From assembly GCF_002269255.1 (NCBI RefSeq), contig NZ_CP022823.1:2874054-2898053 (forward strand): 24,000 bases of DNA, given 5' to 3'. Under the pieces are notes generated by a model. It was not told where the DNA came from, did no database searches, and saw nothing but the letters and a program-made list of their open reading frames with translations. The position numbers and the translations under genes were made by a program. Below, piece by piece: positions 17,937 through 24,000 of this stretch (position 1 is its first letter; the number at the start of each line of letters is the position of its first letter). The stretch is from Klebsiella quasivariicola. Lineage in GTDB: Bacteria; Pseudomonadota; Gammaproteobacteria; Enterobacterales; Enterobacteriaceae.

Positions 17937-19025
17937 TCACTCAACAATCCGCGTCTCCCCGTCGCGATTCTCCAGCGCATAGCGCTGACACGGCGCCCCG
18001 GCGGCAATCAGCGCCGCCAGCTCTGCCGAGTGGCTGGTCAGCCAGATCTGGCTGTAACGGGATGCCTCGATAATCAGCCGGGCCAGCGCGGGCAACATGT
18101 CGCGATGCAGGCTGTTCTCCGGTTCATTGATTGCCAGAAAGGCCGGCGGGCGCGGACTGAGCAGCGCAACGGCGAGGCACAGAAAGCGCAGCGTGCCGTC
18201 GGACATCTCCGCCGCCAGCAGCGGGCGGCGGATCCCTTCGCGGCGCATTTTCAGAACGAAACGCGAGTACTCGTTTTCACAGTAAAACTGACAGCCGGGA
18301 AAGGCGTCCGCGAGGATCGCATACATCATCTCTTCCGCGCCAATTTCGACAATGGTCTGAAAGGCGGCCGCCAGGTTGTGACCATCGCTGTCGAGCACCG
18401 GTGAACGGTATCCTACGGCCGGCTGGCGCAGCGGCGAGTGGCGGCCGATGGCGAACTCATGATAAAACCGCCAGCGACGCAGGGTCTCGCGCACCCGCGA
18501 CACTTCGGGAAAACGATGCGGTTCGCCGAGCTGACCAAATACCGACTCGTTTTCATAAATGCTTTCGGTGAAAGTACTTTTCTCCCCCGTCACATCGACG
18601 AGGAACGCCGCCTGATTTTTACGTTGTAATACGCGAGAGGAAGGCCGGCGGGCGTAGCCGGCCAGCCAGATGTTCTCTTCTTTAACGATCGGATCGAGCA
18701 TGAACTGCGTCGGATAGGGTAATTTTTCCGGGAAACCTATCTGCAGCTCATAATCAAAGCTGTCCGTCCGGCAGGCGATTTGCAGCCGCCGGGGGTGGCG
18801 ATCAACCGGCGAACGCTCCCCGGACCACATCATATTCTCCAGACCGCCCTCTTCGCTGATAAATCCCGACAGCCTGCCGTCAGCGGCGGCGGTCAGCAGG
18901 TGGATGGCGTTATAAATATTGGATTTACCGCAGCCGTTGGGGCCGAAGACAATGTTCAGCGGCCCAAGCTCCAGCGCGATATCCCTCACTGAGCGAAAGT
19001 TTTGAATACGGATGTACTGGATCAT
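17937..19025 (-). CDS. RecF/SMC-head-like ABC-type ATPase (AAA_15/AAA_21-like) with no recognisable effector domain
   Basis: 362 aa. N-terminus MIQYIRIQNFRSVRD; Walker A GPNGCGKS (aa 28-35); signature-like MSDGTLRF (aa 274-281); Walker B FLAINEPE (aa 296-303); H-loop LTSHS. This is the gene usually annotated recF-like next to chromosomal and IS26-mobilised blaSHV. Confidence 0.8.
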   Translation of the reverse strand: MIQYIRIQNFRSVRDIALELGPLNIVFGPNGCGKSNIYNAIHLLTAAADGRLSGFISEEGGLENMMWSGERSPVDRHPRRLQIACRTDSFDYELQIGFPEKLPYPTQFMLDPIVKEENIWLAGYARRPSSRVLQRKNQAAFLVDVTGEKSTFTESIYENESVFGQLGEPHRFPEVSRVRETLRRWRFYHEFAIGRHSPLRQPAVGYRSPVLDSDGHNLAAAFQTIVEIGAEEMMYAILADAFPGCQFYCENEYSRFVLKMRREGIRRPLLAAEMSDGTLRFLCLAVALLSPRPPAFLAINEPENSLHRDMLPALARLIIEASRYSQIWLTSHSAELAALIAAGAPCQRYALENRDGETRIVE

Positions 19026-19108
19026 GATGCGTCCTGCCCAAAGAAGAAGGCTGCCACGGTAGCACAGCGGCGCCAGAGAGCCCCTGTCACATCCCTTTCA
19101 GGCATGGT

Positions 19109-19369
19109 TTAACAGAACATTTTTTTCATTCCACGGGTCAGAGCCACCCGCGTCAGCTTATCGCTATCCTGATGGGCGTCACTGAAGACGCCAAAGAAAT
19201 AACGTTCATCGTCAATGGTTTGACTTACGATGCGATAGCTCAGCGGTTGCCCGGATGGCGCACCATACTGCGCAGGCGTCACCGAGACCTCGGTCGCGTC
19301 ATCGGCGACGCTGACCAACAGCCCGTCGGCCTTACCTCCCACCAGCATGACCTTAATTATCGGGTGCAC
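19109..19369 (-). CDS. Hypothetical 86-aa protein (no family recognised)
   Basis: GTG start with a strong GGGAGG Shine-Dalgarno 5 nt upstream. GC-rich third codon positions are consistent with host coding sequence. A near-consensus promoter lies upstream. I recognise no motif. Confidence 0.6.
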   Translation of the reverse strand: MHPIIKVMLVGGKADGLLVSVADDATEVSVTPAQYGAPSGQPLSYRIVSQTIDDERYFFGVFSDAHQDSDKLTRVALTRGMKKMFC

Positions 19370-19470
19370 CAGTTCCTCCCGGTATGGTGTATATCATTGA
19401 CGAACCGCGGAGACCGGCGGGCGTTATCGTCAGCAAGCGGCGCTAGCCAGAGTGCGGTATTACGTACTTT

Positions 19471-19498
19471 CTTATAGTTCATCGCGGCCTTGAGTCAA
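19471..19498 (-). promoter_or_regulatory. Sigma70 promoter for the 86-aa ORF / ATPase pair: TTGACT (19498-19493), 16 nt, TATAAG (19476-19471)
   Basis: Read directly on the minus strand. Matches are 5/6 at both -35 and -10, with a 16-nt spacer. The predicted leader to the GTG is about 95 nt. Confidence 0.6.
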
Positions 19499-19527
19499 AA
19501 AATAGCGTGCTGAGGCTGGGCTAAATA

Positions 19528-19556
19528 TTGATTATTCGAAATAAAAGATGACAAAT
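19528..19556 (+). promoter_or_regulatory. Possible weak bla promoter: TTGATT (19528-19533), 17 nt, ACAAAT (19551-19556)
   Basis: Good -35 but poor -10, in the AT-rich region about 110 nt upstream of the bla ATG. It sits back-to-back with the minus-strand promoter. Confidence 0.3.
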
Positions 19557-19663
19557 GATGAAGGAAAAAAGAGGAATTGTGAATCAGCAAAACGCCGGGT
19601 TATTCTTATTTGTCGCTCCTTTGCTCGCCTTTATCGGCCCTCACTCAAGGAAGTATTGCGGTT

Positions 19664-20524
19664 ATGCGTTATGTTCGCCTGTGTGTTATCTCCCTGTTAG
19701 CCAACCTGCCACTAGCGGTATACGCCGGTCCACAGCCGCTTGAGCAGATTAAACAAAGCGAAAGCCAGCTGTCGGGCCGCGTGGGGATGGTGGAAATGGA
19801 TCTGGCCAGCGGCCGCACGCTGGCCGCCTGGCGCGCCGATGAACGCTTTCCCATGGTGAGCACCTTTAAAGTGCTGCTGTGCGGCGCGGTGCTGGCGCGG
19901 GTGGATGCCGGGGTCGAACAACTGGATCGGCGGATCCACTACCGCCAGCAGGATCTGGTGGACTACTCCCCGGTCAGCGAAAAACACCTTACCGACGGGA
20001 TGACGATCGGCGAACTCTGCGCCGCCGCCATCACCATGAGCGATAACAGCGCTGGCAATCTGCTGCTGGCCACCGTCGGCGGCCCCGCGGGATTGACCGC
20101 CTTTCTGCGCCAGATCGGTGACAACGTCACCCGTCTTGACCGCTGGGAAACGGCACTGAATGAGGCGCTTCCCGGCGACATGCGCGACACCACTACCCCG
20201 GCCAGCATGGCCGCCACGCTGCGTAAACTACTGACTGCGCAGCATCTGAGCGCCCGTTCACAGCAGCAGCTCCTGCAGTGGATGGTGGACGATCGGGTTG
20301 CCGGCCCGCTGATCCGCGCCGTGCTGCCGGCGGGCTGGTTTATCGCCGACAAGACCGGGGCTGGCGAACGGGGTGCGCGCGGCATTGTCGCCCTGCTCGG
20401 CCCGGACGGCAAAGCGGAGCGCATTGTGGTGATTTATATGCGGGATACGCCGGCGACCATCGCCGAGCGTAACCAGCAGATCGCCGCTATCGGCGCGGCG
20501 CTGATCGAGCACTGGCAGCGCTAA
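19664..20524 (+). CDS. blaLEN: Chromosomal class A beta-lactamase, SHV/LEN/OKP family, LEN-like
   Basis: 286 aa. Catalytic motifs STFK (Ser70), SDN, E166 (RWETALNE) and KTG are present. The strings [37 protein letters not shown] and [12 protein letters not shown] match LEN rather than SHV-1 or OKP as I recall them. Start at MRYVRL, with AAGGAAG RBS about 10 nt upstream; the track ORF starts 18 codons too early. Confidence 0.9.
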   Translation: MRYVRLCVISLLANLPLAVYAGPQPLEQIKQSESQLSGRVGMVEMDLASGRTLAAWRADERFPMVSTFKVLLCGAVLARVDAGVEQLDRRIHYRQQDLVDYSPVSEKHLTDGMTIGELCAAAITMSDNSAGNLLLATVGGPAGLTAFLRQIGDNVTRLDRWETALNEALPGDMRDTTTPASMAATLRKLLTAQHLSARSQQQLLQWMVDDRVAGPLIRAVLPAGWFIADKTGAGERGARGIVALLGPDGKAERIVVIYMRDTPATIAERNQQIAAIGAALIEHWQR

Positions 20525-21282
20525 CCGGCGCGCAGCACTTCGCAGGCATGCCGGGCGATATGACTGGCGGCGGCATCGGAGAGATGCCGGTCGGTAATGA
20601 TGGTGGTGAACCGGGTCAAGGGTAACGCCATAAAGGTGGCCACCTGATTGTATTTCGAACTGTCGCACAGCAGGATGCTTTTCGCACTGACCTGGCTGAC
20701 GGTCTCCTTGACGGTAACCTTGTTCTCATCAGGGGTGAAAATACCGCGGCTGTCCCACCCGCTGGCGGAGATAAAGGCCGTATCAATAGCCAGATGGCGT
20801 AACGTTCGCGCCGCCGATTCGCCCACGCAGGAGCGGTTCTCCCGGCACAGCGTGCCGCCGGTGTGGATCACCCCGCACTGGCTGGCATCGATCAACAGCT
20901 GGGTTATCTCAAAATCATTGGTGACCACCTGAAGATCATCCCGGTCGAGGATCGCCCGCGCCAGCGCCAGGGTGGTGGTCCCGGCATCCAGATAGATACA
21001 GCTGTTTTTAGCGATTTGACTCGCCGCCAGCGCGCCAATCGCCTGCTTCTCTTCACTCTGCAGGGTGCTCTTCACCAGATGGCTGGGCTCCGTGGCCAGC
21101 CGGCTGACGGCGCGTACACCGCCCGAGACGCTGACCAGCAGCCCCTGTTCCTCCAGCTTACTGACGTCCCGACGGATGGTCATATGGGACACGCCGAGGA
21201 TCTCCGTCAGCTCATTGATGCTTACTGCCCCGCGCTGCTCCACGAGGGCTAAAATACGCTGATGACGTTCTACTGGAATCAC
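20521..21282 (-). CDS. ygbI: DeoR-family transcriptional repressor YgbI
   Basis: 253 aa. [47 protein letters not shown] matches the E. coli YgbI N-terminus pattern. GTG start. Its stop codon (TAG 20523-20521) overlaps the bla stop (TAA 20522-20524). Confidence 0.85.
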   Translation of the reverse strand: MIPVERHQRILALVEQRGAVSINELTEILGVSHMTIRRDVSKLEEQGLLVSVSGGVRAVSRLATEPSHLVKSTLQSEEKQAIGALAASQIAKNSCIYLDAGTTTLALARAILDRDDLQVVTNDFEITQLLIDASQCGVIHTGGTLCRENRSCVGESAARTLRHLAIDTAFISASGWDSRGIFTPDENKVTVKETVSQVSAKSILLCDSSKYNQVATFMALPLTRFTTIITDRHLSDAAASHIARHACEVLRAG

Positions 21283-21454
21283 CGCTCTCCCCTTACCATT
21301 TTTTCACACCTGGCGTCACAACCTGCGCTGTGCACCTGGTGACACCCTGTGTCGTTATCGCGCTTTACCGCTGTTTTTTCACTATTTTAGGGCAAGAATC
21401 GGCAATGTGCAGCCTCTTTCAACCTGTGAATTTTTTATATTCATGTGGGTTATT

Positions 21455-21470
21455 CGTGATTACCCTCACA
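21455..21470. promoter_or_regulatory. CRP-binding site CGTGA-TTACCC-TCACA upstream of ltnD
   Basis: 9/10 match to TGTGA-N6-TCACA, with flanks ATT...TAA. The centre is at 21462.5. A -10-like TATTCT at 21492-21497 puts the site at about -41.5, which is class II geometry. An alternative -10, TATCAT, lies at 21497-21502. Confidence 0.55.
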
Positions 21471-21542
21471 TAACTTCACATGATAACGCTTTATTCTATC
21501 ATTAAATCACATTAATTAACGAATATTCACAAGGAGACCGTC

Positions 21543-22445
21543 ATGACTGTACACACTAACGTCTGCGTGATTGGACTGGGTTCGATGGGCATGGGCGCCG
21601 CCCGCGCCTGCCTGCAGGCGGGCCTGAACACCTGGGGCGTTGACATCAACCCTGATAACTGTCGCGCACTGCTGGAAGCGGGCGCCAAAGACACGGGTCC
21701 CAGCGCGGTGCCTTTCGCCGCTGAACTGGATGCGGTCGTCCTGCTGGTGGTCAATGCCGCCCAGGTGCGAGGGATCCTGTTCGGCGAGAACGGCCTCGCC
21801 GCCCATCTGAAGCCGGGCACCGTCGTCATGGTGTCGTCCACCATCGCCTCTGCCGATGCCCAGGCGATTGCCACGGCGCTGGCGGAGTACCAGCTACTGA
21901 TGCTCGACGCGCCGGTATCAGGCGGCGCAGTGAAAGCGGCCGCCGGCGACATGACGGTGATGGCTTCCGGGAGCGATGCCGCCTTTGCCCGCCTCGCACC
22001 GGTGCTGGACGCCGTGGCCGGCAAAGTCTATCGCATCGGGAGCGATATTGGCCTTGGATCGACGGTCAAAATTATTCATCAGCTGCTGGCCGGGGTGCAT
22101 ATCGCCGTTGCCGCCGAAGCGATGGCGCTGGCCGCCCGTGCCGGGATCCCGCTGGAGACGATGTACGACGTGGTGACCCATGCGGCGGGTAATTCCTGGA
22201 TGTTTGAGAATCGCATGCCGCACGTCCTCGATGGCGATTACTCGCCAAAATCCGCCGTCGATATTTTTGTCAAAGATCTCGGCCTGGTAAATGACACCGC
22301 CCGGGCGCTGACCTTCCCGCTGCCCCTCGCCACCACCGCGCTGAATATGTTCACCGCCGCCAGCAATGCCGGATTCGGTCGGGAAGATGACAGCGCGGTG
22401 ATCAAGATTTTCAACGGCATCACCCTGCCGGGCCACAAACAGTAA
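21543..22445 (+). CDS. ltnD: L-threonate dehydrogenase (YgbJ; 3-hydroxyisobutyrate dehydrogenase family)
   Basis: 300 aa. The NAD-binding motif VIGLGSMGMGAA and long collinear stretches match E. coli YgbJ (MVSSTIASADAQ, LDAPVSGGAVKAA, GSTVKIIHQLLAGVHIA, NSWMFENRM). AAGGAG RBS upstream. Confidence 0.88.
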   Translation: MTVHTNVCVIGLGSMGMGAARACLQAGLNTWGVDINPDNCRALLEAGAKDTGPSAVPFAAELDAVVLLVVNAAQVRGILFGENGLAAHLKPGTVVMVSSTIASADAQAIATALAEYQLLMLDAPVSGGAVKAAAGDMTVMASGSDAAFARLAPVLDAVAGKVYRIGSDIGLGSTVKIIHQLLAGVHIAVAAEAMALAARAGIPLETMYDVVTHAAGNSWMFENRMPHVLDGDYSPKSAVDIFVKDLGLVNDTARALTFPLPLATTALNMFTAASNAGFGREDDSAVIKIFNGITLPGHKQ

Positions 22446-22456
22446 GGAGAGACAAG

Positions 22457-23722
22457 ATGCAGCTTGGTGTCATTGCCGATGACTTCACCGGCGCCACGGA
22501 TATTGCCAGCTTCCTCGTGCGTAACGGCATGCCGACGGTACAACTGAATGGCGTGCCGACCCGCGATCTTCCGCTGACCAGCGAGGCGGTGGTCATCAGC
22601 CTGAAAACCCGCTCATGCCCGGCGCAAAGCGCCGTTAGCCAGTCGCTGGCGGCCCTGCGCTGGCTGCAGGCGCAGGGCTGTCAGCAGTTTTATTTCAAGT
22701 ACTGTTCCACGTTCGACAGCACTGCGGAGGGCAACATTGGCCCGGTGCTGGATGCCCTGCTGGCCGAGCTGGGTGAGACCAGGACGGTGATTTCCCCGGC
22801 GCTGCCGGTGAATGGCCGCACGGTCTATCAGGGATATCTGTTTGTCGGTCAGCAACTGCTGAATGAGTCCGGGATGCGCCACCATCCGGTGACGCCGATG
22901 GAGGATGCGCACCTGGGGCGCTTAATTGAACGCCAGGGGCGTGGAAAAGCGGCGCTGATTGCCTGGCCGATCGTCGACCAGGGGCCGCAGGCGGTCGCTG
23001 CCGAGCTGGCGGCAATCAGCGATCCGGCGGTGCGCTATGTGGTACTCGACGCCCTCCGTGAACAGGATTTGCTCACCCAGGGCGTGGCGCTACGGGAGGT
23101 GAAGCTGGTCTCCGGCGGCTCGGGTCTCGCCATCGGTCTCGCTCGCGACTGGGCGCAACGCCATGGCGCCCGCGGCGAGAGCGCTCACGCGGGCATGCCG
23201 CTGGCCGGCCCGGCGGTGGTGCTCTCGGGCTCCTGCTCGGTGATGACCAACAGCCAAGTGGCGGCCTACCGTGAACAGGCCCCCGCCCGCGCCGTCGACT
23301 TAAGCGCCTGCTTTACCGATCTGGAAAGCTATGTCGAGACCCTGACAGACTGGGTAGAGGCGAACCGCGATGCGCCGCTGGCGCCGATGGTCTATGCCAC
23401 CACCGAGCCGCAAACGCTGCAGCGGATCCAGGCGCAGTATGGCGATAAGGCCAGCAGCGAACGGGTGGAACAGCTGTTTGCCGCCCTCGCTGCCGCCCTC
23501 AAGGCGAAAGGGTTTACCCGCTTTATTGTCGCCGGCGGGGAAACCTCGAGCATTGTGGCGCAGACGCTGGGCGTCGAGGCGTTTCATATCGGGCCGACGA
23601 TCTCCCCAGGCGTTCCCTGGGTCCGCGACACCCGCCAGCCGCTCTCCCTGGCGCTGAAGTCAGGTAATTTTGGCGATATCCAGTTCTTTGCCCGTGCCCA
23701 GCAGGAGTTTCGTCATGACTGA
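22457..23722 (+). CDS. otnK: 3-oxo-tetronate kinase (YgbK; DUF1537 four-carbon acid-sugar kinase family)
   Basis: 421 aa. GVIADDFTGATDIASFLV, YFKYCSTFDST, SPALPVNGRTVYQGYLFV and RFIVAGGETS are collinear with E. coli YgbK. AAGGAG RBS upstream. Confidence 0.88.
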   Translation: MQLGVIADDFTGATDIASFLVRNGMPTVQLNGVPTRDLPLTSEAVVISLKTRSCPAQSAVSQSLAALRWLQAQGCQQFYFKYCSTFDSTAEGNIGPVLDALLAELGETRTVISPALPVNGRTVYQGYLFVGQQLLNESGMRHHPVTPMEDAHLGRLIERQGRGKAALIAWPIVDQGPQAVAAELAAISDPAVRYVVLDALREQDLLTQGVALREVKLVSGGSGLAIGLARDWAQRHGARGESAHAGMPLAGPAVVLSGSCSVMTNSQVAAYREQAPARAVDLSACFTDLESYVETLTDWVEANRDAPLAPMVYATTEPQTLQRIQAQYGDKASSERVEQLFAALAAALKAKGFTRFIVAGGETSSIVAQTLGVEAFHIGPTISPGVPWVRDTRQPLSLALKSGNFGDIQFFARAQQEFRHD

Positions 23723-24000
23723 GCAACAACTGCGAGAGGAAATGGTGCAGATTGGCGCCTCACTGTTTAACCGCGGCTATGCCACCGGCTCCGCCGGTAA
23801 TCTGTCGCTGCTGCTGCCGGACGGCAATTTGCTGGCGACGCCGACCGGCTCCTGCCTGGGCGAACTGCAGGCGCAGCGGTTGTCGGTGGTGACGCTGCAG
23901 GGGGAATGGATCTCCGGCGACAAACCGTCGAAAGAGGTCACGTTTCACCGGGCGGTCTATTTGCATAACCCGGCCTGCAAAGCGATCGTCCACTTGCACA
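23715..24000 (+). CDS. otnC: 3-oxo-tetronate 4-phosphate decarboxylase (YgbL; class II aldolase/adducin family), N-terminal 95 codons; continues past the window end
   Basis: The frame is open from the ATG at 23715 (8-nt overlap with the otnK stop) to the window end. MTEQQLREEMVQIGASLFNRGYATGSAGNLSLLLPDGNLLATPTGSCLG... matches E. coli YgbL. It is missing from the ORF track because it is truncated. Confidence 0.85.
   Translation, partial: MTEQQLREEMVQIGASLFNRGYATGSAGNLSLLLPDGNLLATPTGSCLGELQAQRLSVVTLQGEWISGDKPSKEVTFHRAVYLHNPACKAIVHLH

Noticed and set aside
19026-19108. Structured element or internal promoter in the 83-nt gap between the 86-aa ORF and the ATPase
   Set aside because: I found only 3-4-bp potential stems and no convincing -35/-10 pair. 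I treat the gap as an ordinary intercistronic spacer until transcript data say otherwise.
19555-19663. Upstream ORF starts for bla (19610) and the 62-aa ORF at 19555-19743
   Set aside because: The SHV/LEN family signal peptide starts at MRYVRL (19664) with its own RBS. The upstream codons are 5'-UTR.
17909-19663. IS26 or another mobile-element boundary flanking bla, as in plasmid-borne blaSHV modules
   Set aside because: I found no IS26-type terminal repeat (GGCACTGTTGCAAA), no transposase ORF and no direct-repeat scar. The segment looks like the uninterrupted chromosomal arrangement.

Overview
High-GC enterobacterial chromosomal segment that I recognise as the lac-bla region of a Klebsiella pneumoniae-complex genome. 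From memory, the class A beta-lactamase looks closer to the LEN lineage than to SHV or OKP, which suggests K. variicola or a close relative. Gene order: eamA (partial) divergent from ydeE; an XRE-HTH/2TM membrane regulator; the urea ABC transporter urtABCDE on the minus strand behind a consensus sigma54 promoter; a single-domain MetE-like methyltransferase preceded by met-box-like repeats; a rhodanese; a GlxA/FtrA-type AraC regulator; a DUF4177 protein; a GNAT acetyltransferase; lacI divergent from lacZY, with no lacA; an 86-aa ORF plus a RecF/ABC-type ATPase; a LEN-like bla; and ygbI (DeoR) divergent from ltnD-otnK-otnC (partial). I saw no tRNA, rRNA, CRISPR array, IS element or prophage remnant. 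Most of the window is ordinary, well-understood metabolic and core content. The likeliest place for undescribed biology is the small-ORF plus effector-less ATPase cassette with its own strong promoter (17937-19498). Next is a non-coding array of four TGTCGGG heptamers spaced exactly 11 bp apart (2187-2226), upstream of a membrane-tethered XRE regulator. I do not see an unambiguous novel multi-gene system. All homology statements rest on recalled protein sequences and motifs, not on searches.
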